Origin: an uncultured Chloroflexia bacterium
GTDB taxonomy: Bacteria > Chloroflexota > UBA6077 > JACCZL01
Direction of reading: 5' to 3'
Assembly (NCBI GenBank): GCA_963765765.1
Contig: CAVXYC010000027.1
Span: 128,001-192,000, forward strand
Length of the DNA stretch: 64,000 nucleotides
A program made the translations under genes and the position numbers. The notes under the pieces were generated by a model. It was not told the origin of the DNA. It worked only from the letters and a program-made list of their open reading frames with translations, and searched no databases. Position 1 is the first letter of the stretch; each line of letters starts with the position of its first letter. Positions 28,441 through 40,364 of this stretch are shown piece after piece.

Positions 28441-29283
28441 CTGAAACTCCTTCTCGAAAACGTCAAATTCGAGCACACCATCTTCGCACTGCCGTTTGCC
28501 TACCTGGGGATGGTGCTGGCGGCCGGCGGCTGGCCTACCTGGCACCAGCTGATCTGGGTAACGGTTGCGATGGCCGCGGCGCGAACGATGGCCATGTCGC
28601 TCAATCGCGCCATCGATCGGGAGATTGACGCCAGGAACCCGCGCACCGCGATACGTCCGATTCCTAGCGGCCGACTGAGCGTCAGCAAGGTATGGATCGC
28701 GGCAGGCGTTTCGGCCGGAGTACTCACCTTCGCTGCCTGGCAGCTTAATGAGCTGGCAGTAAAGCTGCTGCCCGTGGCGATGATCATCCTCACTCTGTAC
28801 CACTACACCAAACGGTTCACCTGGCTCTGCCATCTGGGGCTTGGCATTGCCGATGGAGGCGCCCCACTGGGTGGGTGGCTGGCCGTGACAGGCGCCATCG
28901 ACCCACCGGCCTGGCTCCTGTTCATCGCCGTAACAACGTGGGTGGGGGGCTTTGATCTCATTTACGCATGCCAGGACGTCGACTTCGACCGCGCCAACGG
29001 CTTGCATTCCGTCCCGGTGCGCTTCGGCATAGCCAAAAGCCTATGGTCCGCGCGCATTTCGCATCTCATCACGCTGCTCGCGCTGGCCGGCGTCGGTTTC
29101 ATGCTCAATCTTGGGCCGCTGTACTGGGCCGGATGGCTAGCCGCGCTTGGGCTGTTAGCGTACGAGCATAGTCTGGTCTCCCCACGCGATCTGTCGAAAC
29201 TGAATGTCGCGTTCTTCAATATCAATGGCTACATTGGCGTGATCGTTCTCGGATTCACGCTGGCAGCCGTGCTCGCGCGCTGA
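28441..29283 (+). CDS. UbiA-family prenyltransferase (MqnP-like), probable CTG start
   Basis: VKFEHTIFALPFAY upstream of the ORF-track start, NRAIDREIDARNPRT, DLIYACQDVDFDR. Confidence 0.88.
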   Translation: MKLLLENVKFEHTIFALPFAYLGMVLAAGGWPTWHQLIWVTVAMAAARTMAMSLNRAIDREIDARNPRTAIRPIPSGRLSVSKVWIAAGVSAGVLTFAAWQLNELAVKLLPVAMIILTLYHYTKRFTWLCHLGLGIADGGAPLGGWLAVTGAIDPPAWLLFIAVTTWVGGFDLIYACQDVDFDRANGLHSVPVRFGIAKSLWSARISHLITLLALAGVGFMLNLGPLYWAGWLAALGLLAYEHSLVSPRDLSKLNVAFFNINGYIGVIVLGFTLAAVLAR

Positions 29284-29308
29284 TGCAGCGTTTATCTGTA
29301 GGCATCCA

Positions 29309-30046
29309 GTGACCCAGTCCCAGCCACATCCTATTCTGCCGAATAGCCAGGATCGCTCCCGCTTCGTCAGCGAGATGTTCGGTCGAATTGCATCGCGTTA
29401 CGATCTGATGAATACCGTCATGACGTTCGGTCAGGATGCATGGTGGCGGCGCCTGGCTGTTGCAGCGGCAGCTCCGCCTACCGATGGCGTGGCGCTGGAC
29501 GTTGGTACCGGCACGGGAAAAGTCGCTTTCGATCTCGCCCGCCGGATGACTGGCGGACGGGTCATCGCGAGCGACTTCTCCGAGGCAATGCTTCGCCAGG
29601 GGCAGCGTTCCCTTGAATCCACGCCCGCGGCGCGCCGGGTCCAGTTTGTTGTCGGAGATGCACTGCACCTGCCCTGCCCGAACGCCAGCATGGATTGCGT
29701 CACATCGGCCTTCACCGTGCGGAATCTCACGAGCGCGGTGGAGGGCTTCCGCGAGATGGCCAGAGTGACTCGCCCGGGCGGGCGTGTTGTCTGCCTTGAG
29801 ATCACACGATTGGATAATCCATTGCAGCGCAAGCTCTTCGGTATCTATTTCAGCGGCCTCGTTCCACTTATCGGCCGGCTCATTAGCGGTGACGACACGG
29901 CGTATCGCTATCTTCCGGCTTCAGTAGACGCATTCCACAATCCTTATGAGCTGGCGGTCCAGATGCGCGAAGCCGGCCTGGTCTTCATCACGCGGAGAAT
30001 GCTGGGCATGGGCACCGTCACAATGCTGACGGGCACCAAGCCCTAG
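29309..30046 (+). CDS. menG: Demethylmenaquinone methyltransferase (UbiE/MenG)
   Basis: MFGRIASRYDLMN, LDVGTGTG, EMARVTRPGGR, AYRYLPASV. Confidence 0.88.
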   Translation: MTQSQPHPILPNSQDRSRFVSEMFGRIASRYDLMNTVMTFGQDAWWRRLAVAAAAPPTDGVALDVGTGTGKVAFDLARRMTGGRVIASDFSEAMLRQGQRSLESTPAARRVQFVVGDALHLPCPNASMDCVTSAFTVRNLTSAVEGFREMARVTRPGGRVVCLEITRLDNPLQRKLFGIYFSGLVPLIGRLISGDDTAYRYLPASVDAFHNPYELAVQMREAGLVFITRRMLGMGTVTMLTGTKP

Positions 30047-30071
30047 TTGGATCGTGGACCCTAGGCAATCA

Positions 30072-31076
30072 CTAAACCGGGGTCAGGCTGTCTCGAAACA
30101 CAGTGAAATGCTCTAGCGCCCGACCTGAGCCAATGGCAACGCACGTCAGCGGATCATCCGCCACATAAGCGGGAACTCCCGTAGCGCGCACGAGAAGCTT
30201 CTCGATATTTCTTAGAAGGGCGCCGCCGCCCGTAAGGATCATGCCACGGTCCACCACGTCGGAGGCAAGCTCAGGAGGAGTCTGCTCCAGCACAGTCTTC
30301 ACGCTCGTGACTATAGAAACGAGAGCGTCGCTGATTGCATCGGTCACTTCCTCGGAGCTGATAATTCGTGTTCGCGGGAGCCCCTCAACCTGATGCAGGC
30401 CACGGACCTCCATCTCGAGCGGCGGATCAAGCTGCAGAGCGCTGCCGATCTGGAGTTTGACGTCCTCTGCGGTACGCTCGCCGACGATGAGGTTGTACTT
30501 TTTCCGAATGTAGGTGGCGATCATCTCGTCGATTTTGTTGCCGGCAACTCGGGTTGAATTGCTGACAACGATGTCGTTGAGCGAGATCACGGCCGCCTCG
30601 GTAGTTCCCCCACCGATGTCCACCACCATATTCCCGCTGGCGCTGTGGATGGGCACATTCGCGCCAATCGCCGCTGCCAGAGGCTCCGGAATGAGGTGCG
30701 CTTCCTTAGCGCCAGCCTGAATTGTGGCGTCCAGTACCGCGCGGCTCTCCACATTGGTCACACCCGCCGGTATACAGACCATGACAACGGGGCGGAAGAT
30801 ACTGAAGCGTCCACAGACTTTTCGAATGAAGTATCGCAGCATTGCTTCGGTGATCATGTAGTCGGCGATGACGCCATCGCGCATCGGACGAGATACGGCG
30901 ATGCGACCGGGTGTTCGTCCCAGCATAGAGCGAGCCTCAGTCCCGACTGCCATCACACGATTGTCCGCGGTGGAATAGGCGACAACGGAAGGCTCGTTCA
31001 ACACAATGCCTTGACCGCGAACATAAACAAGTACGTTCGCAGTGCCGAGGTCAATTCCGATGTGCTTACCAAACAT
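30072..31076 (-). CDS. mreB: Rod shape-determining protein MreB/Mbl
   Basis: [34 protein letters not shown]. Confidence 0.95.
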   Translation of the reverse strand: MFGKHIGIDLGTANVLVYVRGQGIVLNEPSVVAYSTADNRVMAVGTEARSMLGRTPGRIAVSRPMRDGVIADYMITEAMLRYFIRKVCGRFSIFRPVVMVCIPAGVTNVESRAVLDATIQAGAKEAHLIPEPLAAAIGANVPIHSASGNMVVDIGGGTTEAAVISLNDIVVSNSTRVAGNKIDEMIATYIRKKYNLIVGERTAEDVKLQIGSALQLDPPLEMEVRGLHQVEGLPRTRIISSEEVTDAISDALVSIVTSVKTVLEQTPPELASDVVDRGMILTGGGALLRNIEKLLVRATGVPAYVADDPLTCVAIGSGRALEHFTVFRDSLTPV

Positions 31077-31204
31077 TTAGCGCGTCGGGCCCGTGAAGCT
31101 AGTGCGTGAAGCGAGTATCACCTGTAGCAAAACGCGTGATGTGTAGGCTCGCTGTGGAAAGCGGCTCAACATAGAAGACTCTGAGTTATGCTGGCCGCCT
31201 GGGC

Positions 31205-32515
31205 TTATGATGACGGCCCGAATTCCGCATCGACCACCGCCCCGAGCCCCGTCAGGTTCTCGAGCAGATCGTCGTAACCGCGGTCCAGATGATGAATGTC
31301 GTGAATGGTGGTCAGGCCGTCGGCCGCCAACGCCGCAAGTACTACCGCGGCGCCTGAGCGGATGTCCAATGCGCGCACGTCCGTGCCGTGTAACGGTGTG
31401 GGGCCTGTGATTCGCGCCGTCTGCCCAGCCACCTCGAATCTGGCGCCCATCTTGGCCAACTCAAGCCCATAACCGAGGCGATTCTCGAAAACACGTTCAT
31501 GCACCAAACTGACGCCCCGAGCCTGAGTGAGAAGTGTGCAAAACGCGGATTGGAGATCCGTGGGAAATCCTGGATAAGAGATCGCCTGAATCTCCACACC
31601 CTCCAGCGATCCTGTAGACGCAGCAGTCACGCTCTCATCACTCTCTTCAACCGCGGCGCGGGCCTCGCGCAGCTTGTACGTCACTGCATCGAGGTGCTCT
31701 GGGATCACCTGCGAGACGGTCACTTCGCCGCCTGAAATAACCCCAGCAATCAGAAACGTACCGGCTTCAAGCCGGTCGGGCATCACTGCGTGGTTTGCTC
31801 CATGCAGTCGCTCCACTCCTTCGACTTCCAGCACGCTAGTGCCGATTCCGGAAATGTTGGCACCCATGGCTACTAGAAAGTTGGCAAGGTCGCTTACTTC
31901 AGGCTCCATAGAGGCGTGCTTAATGATCGTCTTGCCCTCAGCCAGGCACGCGGCCATGAGCAGGTTTTCAGTGCCGGTGTGGCTCGGGTAGTCAAGATAT
32001 AACTTTCGTCCCACTAGGCGGTTTGCTTCCGCCACGTAACAACCGTCCACGTGACGAATCTTTGCCCCCATTGCCTCGAAGCCGCGGACGTCCACGTTGA
32101 CCGGTCGCTCACCGATGGCACAGCCGCCCGGATGAGGCGATTCAGCATGACCAACTCGGGCTAGAAGGGGGCCCAGGACGAGGAAGGAAGCCCGCATACG
32201 CCTCGCGAGAAGATCGGGAGATCGGGTCTCGGTAATCCGTTCCGCGCGAATGGCTACCTCATGGGGACCGAGGAATCGAATCTCAGCGCCCAGTCCATCC
32301 ATGACTCCGGCCATCGTGTGAATGTCTTCGATGTTCGGAATATTGGAGAGGATGCACCAGTCCGGCGTTAGAAGGCAGGCGGCCATCATTGGCAACGCCG
32401 CGTTCTTCGCGCCGCCAATCTGGACTGTTCCACGTAGGGGATGTCTGCCTTCTATTCGAAGGCGAACTGGCCGAGCCGGACGACTGCTGTCGGCCTCGCT
32501 CGGCTGGACAATCAT
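31205..32515 (-). CDS. murA: UDP-N-acetylglucosamine 1-carboxyvinyltransferase
   Basis: GAKNAALP, MRASF, PGGCAIG, YPGFPTDLQ, FENR, HLDRGY. Confidence 0.95.
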   Translation of the reverse strand: MIVQPSEADSSRPARPVRLRIEGRHPLRGTVQIGGAKNAALPMMAACLLTPDWCILSNIPNIEDIHTMAGVMDGLGAEIRFLGPHEVAIRAERITETRSPDLLARRMRASFLVLGPLLARVGHAESPHPGGCAIGERPVNVDVRGFEAMGAKIRHVDGCYVAEANRLVGRKLYLDYPSHTGTENLLMAACLAEGKTIIKHASMEPEVSDLANFLVAMGANISGIGTSVLEVEGVERLHGANHAVMPDRLEAGTFLIAGVISGGEVTVSQVIPEHLDAVTYKLREARAAVEESDESVTAASTGSLEGVEIQAISYPGFPTDLQSAFCTLLTQARGVSLVHERVFENRLGYGLELAKMGARFEVAGQTARITGPTPLHGTDVRALDIRSGAAVVLAALAADGLTTIHDIHHLDRGYDDLLENLTGLGAVVDAEFGPSS

Positions 32516-32943
32516 GAGCCCGGCATCCGGCGGCGGCGGCGCACAACCGTCAGCCGCGCCATTGAGCGGCTCAGGGCAACTCGTGCAGCCTGAATCTGAA
32601 TTGTCGTTCCGCCCCGCGTGGCCTCTTGCAGAGCAGCGGCGGCGCTGTCCCTGGCTTCCTGGGCTCGTGTCTCGTCGATCTCGTCTTCACGCTCGGCAGT
32701 GTCTGCCAATACCAGGACCCTGTCGCGATTTACCTGGAGAAAACCGCCGCCCACGGCCATCTCCGACTCCTGGCCGTTCTTCTTGATCCGCAGTACGCCC
32801 GGGCTCAGCAGCGTAAGCAGCGCGGCGTGCTTCGGGAGAATACCGATCGTCCCCTCGCTCCCAGGAGCCACCACCATGTCCACATCGTCTTCGGCCAGGA
32901 GCTGTCGCTCCGCCGTAACGATCTCAACGCGCAACTTCGCCAT
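32512..32943 (-). CDS. atpC: ATP synthase F1 epsilon subunit
   Basis: LRVEIVTAER, GILPKH, GGFLQV; GGAGG RBS; ATGA overlap with murA. Confidence 0.93.
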   Translation of the reverse strand: MAKLRVEIVTAERQLLAEDDVDMVVAPGSEGTIGILPKHAALLTLLSPGVLRIKKNGQESEMAVGGGFLQVNRDRVLVLADTAEREDEIDETRAQEARDSAAAALQEATRGGTTIQIQAARVALSRSMARLTVVRRRRRMPGS

Positions 32944-33056
32944 CCATCCTCCGTCCAAAGCCCCGTCTACCGTGCGAAATGAGCATACAGGCTTCAGAAA
33001 TCAGCGAGCAACGCTTAAGAAGTTGCTCAGTATCTCCGGTTCGCCGCCCAGCCGCC

Positions 33057-33521
33057 TCATACGTCACTGGTGCTTTCGATAAATGATTGAAGATTGTGTA
33101 TCGACCTGTCGAAATCCTGCTCAATGCGGTCTCGAGCACCGAATGCGTTGAACAGCATGCCGACGGGCCCACTCGGCCGCTCAAACGCCAACTCGGCATG
33201 TAGCACGGTCTCGGACGGCGTTACAGCCTCCAGCCGCGAATCGGACCGACTCTTGAAGCCAGGCCCCATAACGGTTTCGATGACGATACGAGATGGAGAC
33301 TCCAACACCGCGCATCGACCTCGCGCCTCCCACGACCGACCCAGAGCGTCAACATTGGACAGGGTCTCCGACCCAACTCGAATCTCTCCAGGCGTGAGCA
33401 CTCTGACGGAGCGAACTCCAACAAGCCATTTCGTCGTTTGTTCAGGCGATGAGAGGACGCCGAAGACTCGTTCGATTGGAGCCGCGATTGTCACCGTCCG
33501 ATTGACGCGCTCAATAGACAT
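33057..33521 (-). CDS. SRPBCC/START-fold (polyketide cyclase-like) protein
   Basis: VTIAAPIERVF...P....W N-terminus and C-terminal amphipathic helix (SIHNLQSFIES). Confidence 0.78.
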   Translation of the reverse strand: MSIERVNRTVTIAAPIERVFGVLSSPEQTTKWLVGVRSVRVLTPGEIRVGSETLSNVDALGRSWEARGRCAVLESPSRIVIETVMGPGFKSRSDSRLEAVTPSETVLHAELAFERPSGPVGMLFNAFGARDRIEQDFDRSIHNLQSFIESTSDV

Positions 33522-33539
33522 CTAGTTGAACCAGTCACG

Positions 33540-33564
33540 AAAAAGGGCCGCTGCGGCGGCCCTC
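33540..33564 (-). terminator. Intrinsic terminator after the small acidic ORF
   Basis: Minus strand AGGGCCGC-CGCA-GCGGCCCT followed by TTTT. Confidence 0.8.
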
Positions 33565-33583
33565 ATCTCAGATCGTTGAGAAA

Positions 33584-33718
33584 TTACGCGTCGGGCATGT
33601 CCGGGTTGACGTCGTCCGGAATATCCACACCCTCTTCGGCAGTCTCTTCGCCGTTCATCTTTGCGTCGTCGTCAGCTTCGTCGAAGTACGCTTCCACTAG
33701 ACCAAATGCCTGTGTCAT
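33584..33718 (-). CDS. Small acidic 44-aa protein, absent from the ORF track
   Basis: MTQAFGLVEAYFDEADDDAKMNGEETAEEGVDIPDDVNPDMPDA; GGAG upstream, GC-rich third positions, flanked by a promoter and a terminator. Confidence 0.7.
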   Translation of the reverse strand: MTQAFGLVEAYFDEADDDAKMNGEETAEEGVDIPDDVNPDMPDA

Positions 33719-33766
33719 GTTCCAATGCTCCGTTCGTTCGCGAGCTTAACGGCTCGCACCGACACC

Positions 33767-33809
33767 ACTCTACCATCACAAGTAGAGAATGTATGTCAAA
33801 TTCGTGACA
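33767..33809 (-). promoter_or_regulatory. Extended -10 promoter with a CRP/FNR-family-like palindrome
   Basis: Minus strand TG-G-TAGAGT (hexamer 33772..33767); TGTCA-N6-TGACA at 33794..33809, centred near -41.5. Confidence 0.55.
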
Positions 33810-33815
33810 ATCCGG

Positions 33816-35327
<1,512 letters not shown>

Positions 35328-35334
35328 CTAAGCT

Positions 35335-36210
35335 CTAGCGCGCCGACGCCGCCATTGCTTCTGCCGCCGAGGCAATCTCGGTGACTTCGCGGGTGATCGC
35401 CGCCTGGCGAGCCTTGTTATAGGTAAGGGTGAGCGAGTCTACAATCTCAGTGGCGTTATCTGTGGCATTGCGCATAGCAATCATGCGCGCGCTTTGCTCA
35501 CTGGCCTGGGTCTCGAGCAACGCCTGGTAGACCTGAACCTCAACGAATCGAGGCAGCAGCTCTTCCAGGATAGCGCTCGGGTCTGGCTCGAAGATGTAGT
35601 CCACTGGCTTGGTGTCGCCCGCCCCCGGCGGCTGAAGCGGCAGGAGCTGGTCCACCTGCGGCCGTTGCGTAAGTGTGTTTACGAACTTGGGATACACGAG
35701 GTAGCAACGATCCATGACGCCCGCGTTGTAGCTATCCAGGATCACTCGCGCGATCGGGATGATGTCGTCATATGATGGCGAGTCCGTGATCCCCGTGAAC
35801 GTACCAAGAAGCTCATGCCCCCTGCGAGCCATGAAGTCCTGGCCCTTGCGGCCAACCGTCAAGAGCTCAACAGGATGCGTTTGCTCCAGAATCACTTCCG
35901 AGCTGCGGCGGATCACATTGGTATTGAGACCGCCGCACAGGCCACGATTGGTTGTGAAGAGCACGATCCCAACCGTGTCGATGGGGCGCTGGACGAGGAG
36001 CGGATGAAGCTCGGCCCCGGCGTTAGAGCCGACGGACGCCGCAAGCCCCTCGATGAGCGACCGCATCGTTTCTGAGTACGGTCTAGCGGACGTGACGCGC
36101 TGTTGAGCACGTCGCATCCGCGACGCTGCCACCATTTCCATCGCCTTGGTAATTTGCGACGTATTCTTGATTGACCGAATTCGTCGGCGTATGTCACGAA
36201 GACTAGGCAT
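35335..36210 (-). CDS. atpG: ATP synthase F1 gamma subunit
   Basis: ITKAMEMVAAS, RGLCG, ARMIAMRNATDNA, RQAAITRE. Confidence 0.97.
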   Translation of the reverse strand: MPSLRDIRRRIRSIKNTSQITKAMEMVAASRMRRAQQRVTSARPYSETMRSLIEGLAASVGSNAGAELHPLLVQRPIDTVGIVLFTTNRGLCGGLNTNVIRRSSEVILEQTHPVELLTVGRKGQDFMARRGHELLGTFTGITDSPSYDDIIPIARVILDSYNAGVMDRCYLVYPKFVNTLTQRPQVDQLLPLQPPGAGDTKPVDYIFEPDPSAILEELLPRFVEVQVYQALLETQASEQSARMIAMRNATDNATEIVDSLTLTYNKARQAAITREVTEIASAAEAMAASAR

Positions 36211-36233
36211 GCATTCGACTCCTCATCATTGCT

Positions 36234-37763
<1,530 letters not shown>

Positions 37764-37797
37764 TCTGTCCTCTGCCTCCTGTTCGCGCAGCCAGGCC

Positions 37798-38337
37798 TTA
37801 GGCCGACTGCACTAGCGCTGCGCGCAGTCGATCGAGCCGGCCCCTAACGCTTCCGTCGAGCACCTGGTCACCAACGCGAGCAACGAGACCGCCGATAATA
37901 TTTGGATCAACACGAGTCTCGATCACCACCTGGCGACCGAGATGCTGGGCTAGCCGTGCGGCGACTTCGTCTCGCTCGGACGCTTCGAGCGGCTCCGAGG
38001 TCGTGACCTCGACAACCTGAACTCCTCGATGCTCGTTCAGCAACGCCCGAAACGTGGCGAGGATGTCAGGAAGCACACCAAGCCGGTCCTGCCGGACCAG
38101 GAGCACCAGAAAGTTTCGAACTCGCGATTCCATTTCGGGAAATGTGGCTAGAATCAGCTCTTCCTTGCGTTCGCGAGGTACTACTGGACTCGTGAAAGCT
38201 CGATTGAGCGCGGGATCCGCTAGAATGGCCGCGACAGCAGCGAGCTGCTCCTCCCAGTCGTCAAGAGAGCCGCTGCTTCTCGCTACTTCGAACGCGGCTT
38301 CCGCGTACCGCCGCGCACGACCCGAGACCAGTGCCAT
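37798..38337 (-). CDS. atpH: ATP synthase delta subunit
   Basis: [23 protein letters not shown]; operon position. Confidence 0.93.
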   Translation of the reverse strand: MALVSGRARRYAEAAFEVARSSGSLDDWEEQLAAVAAILADPALNRAFTSPVVPRERKEELILATFPEMESRVRNFLVLLVRQDRLGVLPDILATFRALLNEHRGVQVVEVTTSEPLEASERDEVAARLAQHLGRQVVIETRVDPNIIGGLVARVGDQVLDGSVRGRLDRLRAALVQSA

Positions 38338-38349
38338 TGCTCGGGCCCC

Positions 38350-38865
38350 TTACCGCACCCCGCCATTAGAGACGGGCAGCTCTGCGAGAAATTCTTCAAC
38401 GATTCGGCGATTGGTCTGATGATCGAGATTCGCTCGAATTACTCGCTCCGCCGCGAGAATGCTCAATTCCGCCACTTCCTGGCGAAGCTCTGACATCGCT
38501 TGATTACGCTCCGCGGTGGCCTCGGCCTGTGCCCGCTCGACGATCCGGCGAGCCTCTTCCTGCGCGACTTGCCGTGCTTCCGCCTTTACCTGCTCAGCCA
38601 TGGTCGTAGCCTGTGTGAGCATAGCCTGCACTTGCCGCCGGGCTTCGTCCATCTGAGCGAGTCGCTCCTGCTCATCCCGCTCTGATTGAGCGCGGATCTG
38701 CTCGGCACGCTCCATGCTCTCTCGAACCCGTTCCGCACGGTCGTCGAGAATCTTGACGATTGGCTTGTACAGGATCCTGCTCAGCAGGAACAGCAGAACC
38801 AGGAAGTTCGCGGTATGCCAGAGGAAACCTTGGAGATTGATCCCCAGCGTTTCTAGAACTTGCAT
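38350..38865 (-). CDS. atpF: ATP synthase Fo b subunit
   Basis: N-terminal TM (NFLVLLFLL..LYKPI...LDDR) followed by a coiled coil. Confidence 0.93.
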   Translation of the reverse strand: MQVLETLGINLQGFLWHTANFLVLLFLLSRILYKPIVKILDDRAERVRESMERAEQIRAQSERDEQERLAQMDEARRQVQAMLTQATTMAEQVKAEARQVAQEEARRIVERAQAEATAERNQAMSELRQEVAELSILAAERVIRANLDHQTNRRIVEEFLAELPVSNGGVR

Positions 38866-38920
38866 AGTTCATTGTCGGCGCGCCCCGTGTTACGTGATCT
38901 TGGGGCGCGCCTACGACAAT

Positions 38921-39172
<252 letters not shown>

Positions 39173-39175
39173 CTA

Positions 39176-39922
39176 TCAATGATGGTGCTCATCGCCGGCC
39201 GCATCATGACCGTGTGCGGTGGCGATGGAAAGAAACGCGAGCGTAAGCATGGCAAAAATGAGCGCCTGAATCATGCCCACGAAGACTTCGAGCCCGAGGA
39301 ACACGAACAAGACATACGGCGCGATGCCAAGCATCGTCTTGAGGAGCACTTCACCGGCGAAGATGTTCCCAAAGAGCCTGAGGGAAAGCGAGACCGGTCG
39401 ACTGAGCTCCGTCAGAATATGGAGCGGATTTGGCACCACAAACTCTTTCAGGTACCCGCCGATGCCCATGCTCCTGATTCCCCAAAACTGGACGGTAAAA
39501 AATACGATGATCGCCATGGCGGCAGTGAGGTTCAAATCACTGTTCGGGGAGCGGAACCAATTGATGTTCCCAAAGATCGGAAGCGTCCCAAGCCAGTTGC
39601 ACATCAATATAAAGAGGAATGCCGTGACCACGAGCGGCAAGAACTTCCTGCCGCGCGCGCCGGCCACCTGTTCAATGATGCCCATCCAGGCTTCGACGAT
39701 GAGCTCAACCAGGTTCTGAAACCCAGAAGGAATCAGTTTCAGATTACGGGTGACCGACCATGCCAAAATGACAAGGACGGCCATGACGCACCAGGCAGAA
39801 AAGACTGTATCCGACACCGGAATGCCCGCGATCGCGAAGATATTCGTGGTCTCCGGACCGACATGTTCCCCGTGCTCGGCTGCAGCTTCCTGGGCGAGCA
39901 GAGCCAGAAAGTTTAGCTTCAC
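39176..39922 (-). CDS. atpB: ATP synthase Fo a subunit
   Basis: PSGFQN, SLSLRLFGNIFAGE, IQALIFAML. Confidence 0.95.
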   Translation of the reverse strand: MKLNFLALLAQEAAAEHGEHVGPETTNIFAIAGIPVSDTVFSAWCVMAVLVILAWSVTRNLKLIPSGFQNLVELIVEAWMGIIEQVAGARGRKFLPLVVTAFLFILMCNWLGTLPIFGNINWFRSPNSDLNLTAAMAIIVFFTVQFWGIRSMGIGGYLKEFVVPNPLHILTELSRPVSLSLRLFGNIFAGEVLLKTMLGIAPYVLFVFLGLEVFVGMIQALIFAMLTLAFLSIATAHGHDAAGDEHHH

Positions 39923-40173
39923 TTCTCCCGTTCCCCGTTGACTTGCCGGGCATTCCGGCGATTGAGCGCACCCATAACCTGAATCGTACTTGCGATGGCG
40001 GAAATGAGACCGGCAAATACGCCCAGAAGCGTGAACACTGGAATAGTATTGAAACCGAGCCGGGTGTCAACTGCGTTACCCAGAAAGATACCCAGCCCTA
40101 CCGCCACCGCAAGGGTGACACCGAACTGGGTTGCGACAGCAATTGCCTGCCAGGCATTCAAGCTGGGCTGCAC
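39919..40173 (-). CDS. AtpZ/AtpI-family protein
   Basis: Two TMs, GNAVD..LG...P.F.L.G; GAGGT RBS, GTG start; first gene of the atp operon. Confidence 0.8.
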   Translation of the reverse strand: MQPSLNAWQAIAVATQFGVTLAVAVGLGIFLGNAVDTRLGFNTIPVFTLLGVFAGLISAIASTIQVMGALNRRNARQVNGEREK

Positions 40174-40202
40174 AAACACCTCTTTGCGGCGCTGGCAGGG
40201 CC

Positions 40203-40231
40203 AGTATATCATCGGGCATTCAGGGCGGCAA
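40203..40231 (-). promoter_or_regulatory. atp operon sigma70 promoter
   Basis: Minus strand TTGCCG-N17-TATACT with a TGn extension. Confidence 0.65.
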
Positions 40232-40364
40232 ATGAGCGTACGGGCATACCGACGGCCGGCCCCGGAGCAGATTCTGCTCCGCCCATCCATGTTCCACCGA
40301 TTGAGCTCAGTCCCTCAGTCCCATTGTAGGGTCTGAATTTCATGTACGCCCCAGGAGGCAAACT

